From: an uncultured Pseudomonadota bacterium
GTDB lineage: Bacteria > Myxococcota_A > Polyangia > Fen-1088
Assembly: GCA_963847705.1 (NCBI GenBank)
Contig: CAWKBC010000032.1
Span: 288,001-352,000, forward strand
Direction of reading: 5' to 3'
DNA: 64,000 nucleotides
Position numbers and translations under genes: made by a program. Of the stretch, positions 47,393-56,364 are shown one piece after another (position 1 is the stretch's first letter; every line of letters begins with the position of its first letter). The notes under the pieces are model-generated. The model did no database searches, was not told the origin of the DNA, and saw only the letters and a program-made list of their open reading frames with translations.

Positions 47393-50300
47393 CTAGATGC
47401 AGGTCAGCGCCACCGGGTCGCACATCGTCGGGCACATCGTCGGCGTCACGGCTGGACAGGCGCTGCTGAGGCCGTTGCAGCTGCTCGCCGGGATGGCCGA
47501 GAACCCGTCCGCGCTGCACGCCGCGGGAGAACAGACGACGCTGGTCGAGGCGAAGCCGTCCGACGGGCAGGCGGCCGAGCTCCCCGTACAGCTCTCCGCC
47601 ACGTCGCAGACTCCCGCCGCTGGCCGACAGACCGTGGACGAGGAGGCGAGCACGTCTGCCGGGCAGGCCGTCGAGGTCCCGGTGCAATTCTCCGCCACGT
47701 CGCACACGCCTGCCGACGGTCGGCAGACCGTCGTCGACGACGCGAAGCCGTCCGCCGGGCAGGTCGTGGAGCTCCCCGTGCATTTCTCCGCCACGTCGCA
47801 CACGCCGTTCTGCGCGCGACAGACCGTGGTCGCCGGCGCCAGCGCGTCCGCCGGGCAGGCCGTGGAGGTCCCGGTGCAATTCTCCGCCACGTCGCAGGCC
47901 CCTGCCGAGGGGCGGCAGACGGTCGTCGCCGGCGCCAGCACGTCCGCCGGGCACGCTCCCGAGGTCCCGGTGCATTTCTCGGCGATGTCGCAGACGCTCA
48001 CCGCCCCACGGCAGACCGTGGTCGCCGGCGCGAAGGCGTCGGCCGGGCAGGTCGAGGAGGCACCCGTGCAGTTCTCGGCCACGTCGCAGGTCCCCGTCGA
48101 CGCGCGACAGACCGTCGACGACGGCGCGAAGCCGTCCGCCGGGCAGACGGAGGAGGTCCCGGTGCACTTCTCGGCCACGTCGCAGGTCCCCGTCGACGCG
48201 CGACAGACCGTCGACGACGACGCGAAGGCGTCCGTCGGGCAGTTGACCGAGGTTCCCGTGCAGGTCTCCGCGACGTCGCAGGTGCTCACCGCCGCCCGAC
48301 AGACCGTCGACGACGGCGCCAGCGCGTCGGCCGGGCAGGCCGCCGAGGTGCCGGTGCACTTCTCGGCCACGTCGCAGGCGCCGGCCGCCGCCCGGCAAAT
48401 GGTCGTCGCGGATGCCAGCGCGTCGGCCGGGCAGTCGAGTGACGTCCCGTTACAGGTCTCGGCCACGTCGCAGGCGCCGTTCGCGGCGCGGCAGACCTTC
48501 CCGGAGGCCACCGGCGAGCAGGTCCCGACCTTGCCCGTCAGATTGCAGGACGAGCAGGCCCCCGTGCAGGCGGTGTTGCAGCAGATGCCGCTGACGCAGG
48601 TCAACCCGGAGGCGCACTGGCTGGTCGCTCCGCAGACGCCGCCTTGAACCTGGAACCCGCAGCCGCCGTTGGCGCAGATCCCCGGGCAGCTCATGGTGGC
48701 CACCGTGGCGCAATTGCCCGCGCCGTCGCACTTGGCCGCCGGCGTGAGCGTCGTCGTGGGGGTGCCGTTCGAGCAGGTGGCCGCCTTGCACTGGGTCCCG
48801 GCGGGCCACTTCGCGCACTGCCCCGACACGCACTGTCCCGTCGTGCCGCAGCCCGACTGGTCTTGCAGGGCGCACATCGACTGGGGATCCGAGCTGGCGG
48901 TGATGCCCACGCAGGTTCCCAGGCTGCCGGCGATGTTGCAGGCGTGGCAGGCGCTGTTGCAGGCCGTTCCGCAGCAGACGCCCTGGGCGCACTGCCCGCT
49001 CGTGCACTGGTTGTTGTTTCCGCACGGTTGGCCGTTGGGCTTGGTGCCGCAGGAGCCGGCCACGCCGTTCATTCCGCAGGTGTTGGGCGACACGCACTGC
49101 GCGTCGTTGCTGCAGGCGGTGTAACAGGCGCTGGTGTTGCACTGATACGGGCCGCAGGTGGTGGCGGCCGGTCGCGTGCAGGTGCCGGAGCTGTTGCAGG
49201 TCCACTGCGCGGTGTAGTTGCTCCCCGAGCAGCTCTCGGGCGCGCAGACGGTGCCTGCCGGGTACTTGCGGCAGGCGCCCGCGCCGTCACACTTGCCGTC
49301 CGTGCCGCACGTGGCAGCCGTCGCGTCCGTGCAGACACCATGCGGATCGGCCCCGCCGGCGGCGATCGACGTGCAGGTGCCGAGCGAGCCGGGAACCGCG
49401 CAGCTGCGGCAGGCCCCCGTGCAGGTGGTGGCGCAGCAGACCCCGTCCGCGCAGTGCCCGTTCACGCAGTCGGCGTCGGCCGTACAGGTCTGGCCGTCCA
49501 CCTTCTTCCCGCAGGTCCCGACGGTGCCCCCGGTCGGCACCGTGCAGCTGTGCCCGGGCGCGCAGTCGGCCTGGCTGGAGCAGTATTCGGTGCAGGCGCC
49601 GTTCGCGCAGGCGAAGTTTCCGCAGCTGAACGTCTTGGCCAGCTGACAGGTCCCCAGGCCGTCGCAGGTCTGCGTGGACTTGCCGGAGGTGGCGTCGACA
49701 CAGACCGCCGGGCCGCAGGCGGTGTTGACGGGATAGAGGGGGCAGCCCCCCTGACCGTCGCACATCCCGGTCGTTCCGCAGGTCGTGGGGTCCTGCTTGG
49801 GACAGAGCGGGTGTGACTGGCCGGCGGGGGTCGGTGTGCAGACACCAGGCGATCCGACCTGATTGCAGGACTGACAGGCCCCACCGCAGGCGGTGTTGCA
49901 GCAGACCCCGTCGGCGCAATGCTTCGAGTCGCATTCCGCATCGGCGCTGCACGAAACGCCGGGGGCCTTCGGTCCGCAGCTCCCGCCCAGACACTTGACG
50001 GGGGCGACGCAGTCCGCGTCGGAGCTGCACGTCGCCTTGCACTGGTTGCTGGTCGTGTTGCAAAGGAAGGGCGCGCAGACGGTGATCGCGCCCGCGCGGC
50101 AAACGCCGCTGCCGTCGCAGACGAACGTGCCGGCGACCTCGGCGCCCTGACAGGTGCCCGGGGTGCAGACCGTGTTGAGCGGATAGAGCCCGCAGGCTCC
50201 CTTGCCGTCGCAGGTTCCGTCCTTCCCGCAGCTCCCTTTCGGGTCGGGCTGACATTGCGTCGGGTCGCTCGGCTTGACGCCTGCGGCGACCATCGTGCAC

Positions 50301-50638
50301 ATGCCGAGCGACATCGTCTGCGCGCAGGTCTCGCAGGTTCCCTGGCAGGCGGTGTTGCAGCAGTAACCCTCGACGCAGAACTTGCTCTTGCACTGCGCAG
50401 AGCAGGTGCAGGCGAGGCCGTTGTCTCGGGTCGCGGTGCTACAGGAAGCGTCCGCGCCGCCCGACCCCGCATCGGTCCCGCCGTCGGGCCGTCGCGCGGC
50501 CCCGCCCTGACCACCCTCAGCGCCTACGCCTCCGGCTGCGCCTCCGCCCCCGTCCGGACGGCCCCCCGATCCCGGCGAGCTCGAACAGGCCGACGCCAAC
50601 AGCACCAGAAGCGCAATTCCACCCGCAAAGCGATTCAC
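47393..50638 (-). CDS. Large Cys-rich surface lipoprotein with ten disintegrin-like repeats
   Basis: GTG 50638, LLVLLASA-C lipobox, repeated CxxGxCCxxxCxGxCxxC blocks, then 32-aa repeats. Confidence 0.88.
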   Translation of the reverse strand: MNRFAGGIALLVLLASACSSSPGSGGRPDGGGGAAGGVGAEGGQGGAARRPDGGTDAGSGGADASCSTATRDNGLACTCSAQCKSKFCVEGYCCNTACQGTCETCAQTMSLGMCTMVAAGVKPSDPTQCQPDPKGSCGKDGTCDGKGACGLYPLNTVCTPGTCQGAEVAGTFVCDGSGVCRAGAITVCAPFLCNTTSNQCKATCSSDADCVAPVKCLGGSCGPKAPGVSCSADAECDSKHCADGVCCNTACGGACQSCNQVGSPGVCTPTPAGQSHPLCPKQDPTTCGTTGMCDGQGGCPLYPVNTACGPAVCVDATSGKSTQTCDGLGTCQLAKTFSCGNFACANGACTEYCSSQADCAPGHSCTVPTGGTVGTCGKKVDGQTCTADADCVNGHCADGVCCATTCTGACRSCAVPGSLGTCTSIAAGGADPHGVCTDATAATCGTDGKCDGAGACRKYPAGTVCAPESCSGSNYTAQWTCNSSGTCTRPAATTCGPYQCNTSACYTACSNDAQCVSPNTCGMNGVAGSCGTKPNGQPCGNNNQCTSGQCAQGVCCGTACNSACHACNIAGSLGTCVGITASSDPQSMCALQDQSGCGTTGQCVSGQCAKWPAGTQCKAATCSNGTPTTTLTPAAKCDGAGNCATVATMSCPGICANGGCGFQVQGGVCGATSQCASGLTCVSGICCNTACTGACSSCNLTGKVGTCSPVASGKVCRAANGACDVAETCNGTSLDCPADALASATTICRAAAGACDVAEKCTGTSAACPADALAPSSTVCRAAVSTCDVAETCTGTSVNCPTDAFASSSTVCRASTGTCDVAEKCTGTSSVCPADGFAPSSTVCRASTGTCDVAENCTGASSTCPADAFAPATTVCRGAVSVCDIAEKCTGTSGACPADVLAPATTVCRPSAGACDVAENCTGTSTACPADALAPATTVCRAQNGVCDVAEKCTGSSTTCPADGFASSTTVCRPSAGVCDVAENCTGTSTACPADVLASSSTVCRPAAGVCDVAESCTGSSAACPSDGFASTSVVCSPAACSADGFSAIPASSCNGLSSACPAVTPTMCPTMCDPVALTCI
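47534..48493 (-). repeat. Coding tandem repeat, 10 x 96 bp
   Basis: CRxxxxxCD(V/I)AExCxGxSxxCPxD unit counted ten times. Confidence 0.93.
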
Positions 50639-50864
50639 GTTTCCCCCAACTACAGTTTTCAAAGATGTATGGTGCGATATTACATTTCGCACACCCTCGT
50701 ACTAGGGGGAAACGCCCCTCCACGCACGAATTCCCGTCAAAAAATCGCTGTCGGAGTCGGCGATTTCGACGCAGGCGGACAGCCGGACACCCGTTCCTGG
50801 CCCCGCTGCGCTCAGCAGCCCGGTCCTGGGCTCGGTCGTCCTGCTCGGGTCCGATCCTGCGTCC

Positions 50865-51239
50865 CTATCCTTCGGGCGCGCCGTCGTCTTCGTCGGCGGC
50901 GGTGCGGGCCCAGGGGATGGCTTGCAGCCGTCGAAACCCCAGCGGCAGCCCGGAGACCTCGCTCAGCCCATACTTCCCGGTGTCGAGCTTGGCCAGCGCG
51001 TCCTCGATGTCGTGCAGCAAGGTGACGTCCCGCTGCGTGAAGAGGATGGCGTCGTCCTGCTCCCGTGTCTGCTCGGCCGCATCCACCGGCTCGGGGAGGT
51101 TCTCAGATTGCAGCGCCACGGCCTGCTCGCGCCGCATGCGATCCCGCAGCTCGTCGCGCGCGCGTTCGAGGCGCCCGCGCAGGACCGAGAGCTGGCTCGC
51201 CGAGAGCCCCGCGGAGGATTCACTGCCCGTTGCTTCCAT
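50865..51239 (-). CDS. DksA/TraR family protein lacking the Cys4 zinc finger
   Basis: Coiled coil with EPVDAA tip, IEDALAKLDTGKYG-LSEVSG...RRLQAIPWART. No Cys. Confidence 0.85.
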   Translation of the reverse strand: MEATGSESSAGLSASQLSVLRGRLERARDELRDRMRREQAVALQSENLPEPVDAAEQTREQDDAILFTQRDVTLLHDIEDALAKLDTGKYGLSEVSGLPLGFRRLQAIPWARTAADEDDGAPEG

Positions 51240-51375
51240 GACAATGACTGGTAAGTCCGACCGGCAGCGCTGCCAAGACGTGCTCGAAGCGGCCCCCGGC
51301 TCGGGAGAAACACTACGCGGGGCGTGGGGGCTTCCCGACATCGCGGACGTCACGCTCGCGCTATCGATGGTCCAA

Positions 51376-52254
51376 ATGCAAAAAGCCTCGAACGACATCG
51401 CGAATTCCAGTCTTCCTAAAACCGCCGCTGTCCTGCTGCTGCTCGCCTGTGCGGCTGGCTGCGGGTCGTCCAGCTCCACCAGCGACGGAGGACCGACCGG
51501 GACGGGAGGGGCAGGCGGCGCCAGCGCCGCGACCGGTGGGACCGGCGGGACGGGTGGGACCGGCGGCGCGCCGGCCGGCGGGAGCGCCCTGGCGGTGAAT
51601 CTGCGAACCGCCGGCAACTACGTGATCCTGGCGGAGAGCGCCATCTCCACGGTGCCGCCCGCGGTCGTCACGGGAGACCTGGGGCTCAGCCCCATGGCGG
51701 CCACCTTCATCACCAACTTCTCGCTGATCGCCGACGCCACCAACGTCTTCGCCACCTCGACGCAGGTGACCGGGAAGATCTACGCGGCCGACGACGCCGT
51801 CCCCACGCCGTCGAACCTGACCACGGCGATCGCCGACATGGGCCTCGCCTTCACCGACGCCGCCGGTCGCGCGCCCAGCGTCACCGAGCTCGGGGCCGGG
51901 AGCATCGGCGGGATGACGCTCCCGCCGGGCGTCTACCAGTGGGGCACCGGCCTGCAGATTCCGACCGATCTCACGCTCAACGGAAGCGCGACCGCGGTCT
52001 GGATCCTCCAGATCGCCCAGAACTTGACGGTGAGCAGCGCCGTCAGCGTCCACCTCACCGGGGGCGCGCTGGCCAAGAACGTCTTCTGGCAGGTCGCCGG
52101 CAGCGTCGACCTCGGCACGACCTCGCACCTGGAGGGGATCGTCCTCTGTCAGACCATGATCAACCTGCGCACCGGCGCCTCGATCACGGGCAGGCTCTTG
52201 GCGCAGACGGCGGTCAGCCTCGACGCCAGCACGGTCACGCAGCCGGCGCCGTAG
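51376..52254 (+). CDS. Ice-binding-like (DUF3494) lipoprotein
   Basis: LACAAG-C lipobox, Gly/Thr linker, VTGDLGLSP, LPPGVY, WILQI, AKNVFWQVAG, GRLLAQTAVSLD. Confidence 0.9.
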   Translation: MQKASNDIANSSLPKTAAVLLLLACAAGCGSSSSTSDGGPTGTGGAGGASAATGGTGGTGGTGGAPAGGSALAVNLRTAGNYVILAESAISTVPPAVVTGDLGLSPMAATFITNFSLIADATNVFATSTQVTGKIYAADDAVPTPSNLTTAIADMGLAFTDAAGRAPSVTELGAGSIGGMTLPPGVYQWGTGLQIPTDLTLNGSATAVWILQIAQNLTVSSAVSVHLTGGALAKNVFWQVAGSVDLGTTSHLEGIVLCQTMINLRTGASITGRLLAQTAVSLDASTVTQPAP

Positions 52255-52304
52255 CTGGCCTCCCCCGCGCCGCGACGCGCGGGTAGCTCCCGGCGCGTCG
52301 TTGT

Positions 52305-52363
52305 TTGCGCGTAGCTACTTGCGCGTAGCTACTTGCGCGTAGCTACTTGCGCGTAGCTACTTG
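52305..52363. repeat. Tandem repeat, 4 x 14 bp TTGCGCGTAGCTAC
   Basis: Four perfect copies. The last contains the FKBP stop codon. Confidence 0.95.
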
Positions 52364-53229
52364 ATCGACAGCAGCTCGACGTCGAACACCAGGGTGCCCG
52401 CCGGGGCACCCGGGCGGCTCGGCGTATCGCCGTAGGCGAGGTCGCCGGGGATCCAGAAGCGGGCCTTGTCGCCGACGACCATCAGCTGCAGGCCCTCGGT
52501 CCAACCTTTGATGACGCCGCCGAGCGGAAACGTGGCCGGCTCGCCCCGCACCACCGAGCTGTCGAACATCTTCCCGTCGGTGGTCCAGCCGGTGTAGTGG
52601 ACCTCGACGGTGCTGTCGGCGGTGGGGTGGTCCTTCCCCTTGCCGTGCTTGAGGATCTTGTAAGCGAGCCCGGAGGCGGTCTTCTTGGCGTCCTTCGGCG
52701 CCGCTTCGACGTCGGCCGGCGTCTCGGGTGGCGCGGCGAGCTTCACGAAGTCGAGCAGCTCCACATCGAAGACCAGCATCCCGGTCGGCGCGCCCGGCCG
52801 GGTCGGCGTGTCGCCGTAGGCGAGCTCGGCCGGGATCCAGAAGCGCCGCTTCTCCCCCTTGACCATCAGCTGCAGCCCCTCGCCCCACCCTTTGATCACG
52901 CCGTCGAGCGGAAACCGGGCCGGCTCGCCGGTCGGGATCGAGCTGTCGAACATCTTCCCGTCGGTGGTCCAGCCCGTGTACTGCACGGTCACCCTGTCGT
53001 GCGGCCCGGGGTGCGCGCTCCCCTTGCCCTTGAACAGGACCTTCGAGGCGAGGCCGCTGGCCGTCTTCTTGGCGCTGGCGGGCGGCGCCGCGACGTCCGC
53101 CGGCGCGGAAGGCGCCGCCGGGGGTGGCGCCGACGGCAACGGCTCGATCGGACCGGCAGAAACAGGCGCGCTCACCAGCGCGCAGGCGAGAGCGAGGACG
53201 AACAGGATCGACCAACCGAATCGCTTCAT
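52357..53229 (-). CDS. Exported double-domain FKBP-type peptidyl-prolyl isomerase
   Basis: Signal peptide and two copies of YTGWTTDGKMFDSS...VIKGW.EGLQLM...LVFDVELL. Confidence 0.95.
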   Translation of the reverse strand: MKRFGWSILFVLALACALVSAPVSAGPIEPLPSAPPPAAPSAPADVAAPPASAKKTASGLASKVLFKGKGSAHPGPHDRVTVQYTGWTTDGKMFDSSIPTGEPARFPLDGVIKGWGEGLQLMVKGEKRRFWIPAELAYGDTPTRPGAPTGMLVFDVELLDFVKLAAPPETPADVEAAPKDAKKTASGLAYKILKHGKGKDHPTADSTVEVHYTGWTTDGKMFDSSVVRGEPATFPLGGVIKGWTEGLQLMVVGDKARFWIPGDLAYGDTPSRPGAPAGTLVFDVELLSIK

Positions 53230-53257
53230 TCCTGCCGAATACCACGCCCGGCCATGA

Positions 53258-53313
53258 TGGCAAATGACGATGGCAAATGACGACGGCAAATGACGATGCC
53301 AAATGACGGGCAA
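53258..53313. repeat. Tandem repeat, about 4 x 13 bp TGGCAAATGACGA
   Basis: Units at 53258, 53271, 53284 and 53297, between the hydrolase stop and the FKBP start. Confidence 0.92.
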
Positions 53314-53317
53314 CCGC

Positions 53318-53938
53318 TCACCCGAGGTGGCGATCGATGAGCGCGGCGATGCGCTGGGGGAGCTCCTCGGCCATGGCGTGGGTGCCGCCTTCGACGATCT
53401 CCAGGCGGGCGCCCGGGATCTGATCGCGCAAATACTCGCCGACGCCGAGGGGCGCCAGCGGATCGGCGTCGCCGACGAGCACCAGCGCCGGCACGCGCAG
53501 GCTCGGCAGTCGCGCGCCGAGGTCGCTGCGATCGTCGATGAACCAGCGCGGCATCTGCGGGCGCTGCGTGATCCAGTCGCCGCCTCGCCACTCCGCCGCG
53601 CCGAGACGGCGCACGTCGATGCCGCCGGTGGTCGCCACCAGGACGAGTCGGCGCACCCGCGCCGGATGGGTCAGCGCCAGACGAAGCGCCAAGGCCCCGC
53701 CCATCGACTGGGCCACCACATCGAATGATGCGGGCCACCGCTCGAGGAGCGTGTCGAGCAGATCCGCGACGTTGCGAACGGCGGGGTTGGGCGGCGTCTC
53801 TCCAAAGCCGGGATACTCGACGAGCAGCGGCTCACTTCGGGGCCGGAGGAGCTCCGCCACCGGGCGCCAGAACGCCGCCAGCCCGCCCGCTCCGGGAAGA
53901 TAGACCACCGGGGGTCGCGTCGGGTCTGCCACGGGCAT
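53318..53938 (-). CDS. Alpha/beta hydrolase
   Basis: YPGFG, AQSMGG nucleophile elbow, GDADP, GGTH. Confidence 0.88.
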   Translation of the reverse strand: MPVADPTRPPVVYLPGAGGLAAFWRPVAELLRPRSEPLLVEYPGFGETPPNPAVRNVADLLDTLLERWPASFDVVAQSMGGALALRLALTHPARVRRLVLVATTGGIDVRRLGAAEWRGGDWITQRPQMPRWFIDDRSDLGARLPSLRVPALVLVGDADPLAPLGVGEYLRDQIPGARLEIVEGGTHAMAEELPQRIAALIDRHLG

Positions 53939-54096
53939 GCCGCAAATATAGAGGATCGACCCTCGGGCGGCGGTGTGTCGAGTGGAGGCGCATCCGGCGG
54001 AGCCGGCAGGCGATTCAGGCGCCGCCCCACAGGTGATCTCGGCGGCGCCGGGGGCGAGCCACCTGCGCGTGATTAGTTTTTGGCCGGGGGTGCGGC

Positions 54097-55020
54097 ATGA
54101 CGGTGTCGACGAGCGAGGCCACGCCACGATCGCGGTCCACGCGCAAGAAGCAGCGCTACAGCGACGGCCACCCGCTGGATCGCGTCCAGTACGTCGAATC
54201 CAAGATCATCCTCAAGGGTGACCGCTTCACCTCCGTCGAAAGCTTCGATGACTTCGCCCGCCTGGTGAAACGGACCGCCAAGGAGGCGGGCGTCGATTTC
54301 TCCCGCAAGGCCTTCAGGGAGGCGAAGCCCCGCATCCGGGAAGTCCTCTTTCTCGATACGCCCGACTTCCGGCTCTACAACAACGCCTTCATCCTGCGCC
54401 GCCGGACCGAGTACGTGGACGGATTCGCCGTGGGCGATCCCGAGATCGTCTTCAAGTTCCGCTGCCCGGATCTGCAAAAGTGCGCCGACATGGACGTCCG
54501 CCCGCAGATCGCCGGCGACCACCGGATCAAGTTCAAGGCGGAGGCCCTGCCGCTCAAGGACCAGCCGGGCGGCGTGCGCATGCTCTACTCGCACAACGCC
54601 CAGTTTCCGCTCAGCCACGTTCACGCGGCCGACAAGGCGGCGATGGCCACCCTCATCCGCCTGCTGCCGCCTCTGCGCGGCATCAAGACGACCGCGGGCG
54701 AGAAGATCGATATCGTCAACCACACGGCCGTCGAGGAGGTCCTCCTCGACATCGGGATGCTCGACTTCGGCAAGGGGGTGCAGGCCAAGGCCAACGTGGC
54801 GGTCTGGCGCGACCGCGGCGATGAAAAGCAGCTGGTGGGCGAGTTCGCCTACCAGTGCAAGTTCGACCGCGGGGACGAGCGGCACGCGGTGGCGATGAAG
54901 CGGGCGGAGCAGCTCTTCATCCTGCTGCAGGAGACGGCCAGCGACTGGCTCTCCCTCGGGACCACCAAGACCGGCATCGTCTACCGCCTCAAAGGCAACC
55001 CGCCCACCTCCCACGAGTAG
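54097..55020 (+). CDS. CYTH-like (triphosphate tunnel metalloenzyme) protein
   Basis: YVESKIIL (ExExK-like), FLDTPDFRLYNNAFILRRR, C-terminal TKT. Confidence 0.65.
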   Translation: MTVSTSEATPRSRSTRKKQRYSDGHPLDRVQYVESKIILKGDRFTSVESFDDFARLVKRTAKEAGVDFSRKAFREAKPRIREVLFLDTPDFRLYNNAFILRRRTEYVDGFAVGDPEIVFKFRCPDLQKCADMDVRPQIAGDHRIKFKAEALPLKDQPGGVRMLYSHNAQFPLSHVHAADKAAMATLIRLLPPLRGIKTTAGEKIDIVNHTAVEEVLLDIGMLDFGKGVQAKANVAVWRDRGDEKQLVGEFAYQCKFDRGDERHAVAMKRAEQLFILLQETASDWLSLGTTKTGIVYRLKGNPPTSHE

Positions 55021-55040
55021 CTCACGACCGACCGGTCGCC

Positions 55041-55574
55041 ATGGGCCCCATCCGACAGCGCATCAAGGGGGACCTCCGCGGCGTCCACCTCGCGCTGAAC
55101 GTGTTCGTGGCCACCAGCCTGCTCTGGGTCGTCATCCGGAAGTGGGCCGGGCTCAATCCGATCTGGGCCATCAGCGCCATGCTCGCCTCGACCGATCCGC
55201 ACGTCGGCGATGCGCTCAAGAGTGTTCGCGGGCGCATCACCAACGCTGCGCTCGGCTGCGCCACCGGCCTCGCCTTCCTGATCCTGGGCGAGGCGCGGGA
55301 CTGGAAGCTGCCGATGGCGCTGGCGGCGACGGCCTTTCTTTCGAGCTACATCGTGCGGGTGCCGGTCATGTGGCGGCAGGCGCCGATCACCGCGGCGATC
55401 GTGGTCGCCTCGGGGCTCGAGCGGCACACGAAGGAGGTCTCCGTCGAGATCGGCCTGCGCCGGGTGGCGGAGGTCTTCTTCGGCTGCCTCCTGGGGCTGG
55501 CGGTCACCTGGCTGATCTCGAAGATCTGGCCGCTGCCAGAATCGCCGCCCCCCTCGGTCCCGGTTCGGCCATGA
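55041..55574 (+). CDS. FUSC-like small membrane protein
   Basis: WAISAML, RITNAALGCATG, RVAEVFFGCLLGL, multiple TMs. Confidence 0.75.
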   Translation: MGPIRQRIKGDLRGVHLALNVFVATSLLWVVIRKWAGLNPIWAISAMLASTDPHVGDALKSVRGRITNAALGCATGLAFLILGEARDWKLPMALAATAFLSSYIVRVPVMWRQAPITAAIVVASGLERHTKEVSVEIGLRRVAEVFFGCLLGLAVTWLISKIWPLPESPPPSVPVRP

Positions 55575-55581
55575 TGGGCCG

Positions 55582-56364
55582 ATGCTGCTCGCCGAGGATG
55601 AGGTCGCTCCGCTGGAGGTCGCCAGAGGTGATGGCCCCTCGCCCTTCCTCATCATCTGCGATCACGCCGGGAGGCTGATTCCCCGCTCGCTCGGCGATCT
55701 GGGGTTGCCCGCGGCCGAGCTCGAGCGGCACATCGCCTGGGACATCGGGGCGGTGGGCGTGGCGCGCCGGCTGGGGGAGGCGCTGGGCGCGCACACCGTG
55801 TGGCAGCGCTACTCCCGGCTGGTCATCGACTGCAACCGTCCTCTTGACGCGCCGGACTCAATCACCCCCCGCAGCGAGAAGACCATCATCCCGGGGAATC
55901 AGAACGTGGCGCCGGCCGCGGCCGAGGCGCGCGCCAGAGAGATCTTTCACCCCTACCACGACGAGATTCGAACGACTTTGGATCGGCGGCAGGCGGAGGG
56001 ACGCTTGACCGTCGTCATCGCGATGCACAGCTTCACGCCGATGTTCTTGGAAGTAGCTCGGCCCTGGCATGTCGGCGTGCTCTACAACCGCGATTCGCGG
56101 GTGGCCACGCCGCTCTTGCAGGCGCTCCGGGACGAAGGCGATCTGGTCGTCGGCGACAACCAGCCCTATGCGGTCGGCGATCTGACCGACTACTCGGTCG
56201 TCAATCATGGCGAGCGGCGCGGGATTCCCCACGTCGAGATCGAGATCCGACAGGACCTCATCGCCGACGAGCGCGGGCAAGCAGCGTGGGCCGAGCGGCT
56301 CGCGCGGCTCCTCCCGCTCGTCATTCAGGAATCATCGACGCGCCACGCACCACAACCACGATGA
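55582..56364 (+). CDS. N-formylglutamate amidohydrolase
   Basis: CDHAG, HIAWDIGA, YSRLVIDCNR, HSFTP, EIRQDLI. Confidence 0.93.
   Translation: MLLAEDEVAPLEVARGDGPSPFLIICDHAGRLIPRSLGDLGLPAAELERHIAWDIGAVGVARRLGEALGAHTVWQRYSRLVIDCNRPLDAPDSITPRSEKTIIPGNQNVAPAAAEARAREIFHPYHDEIRTTLDRRQAEGRLTVVIAMHSFTPMFLEVARPWHVGVLYNRDSRVATPLLQALRDEGDLVVGDNQPYAVGDLTDYSVVNHGERRGIPHVEIEIRQDLIADERGQAAWAERLARLLPLVIQESSTRHAPQPR

Noticed and set aside
45932-48442. 836-aa kinase fused to Arg-rich repeats
   Set aside because: Produced by the frameshift near 47116 reading antisense into the Cys-rich gene.
47534-48493. CRISPR-like or non-coding periodic array
   Set aside because: The 96-bp period is in frame and variation follows codon structure, so it is a protein repeat.
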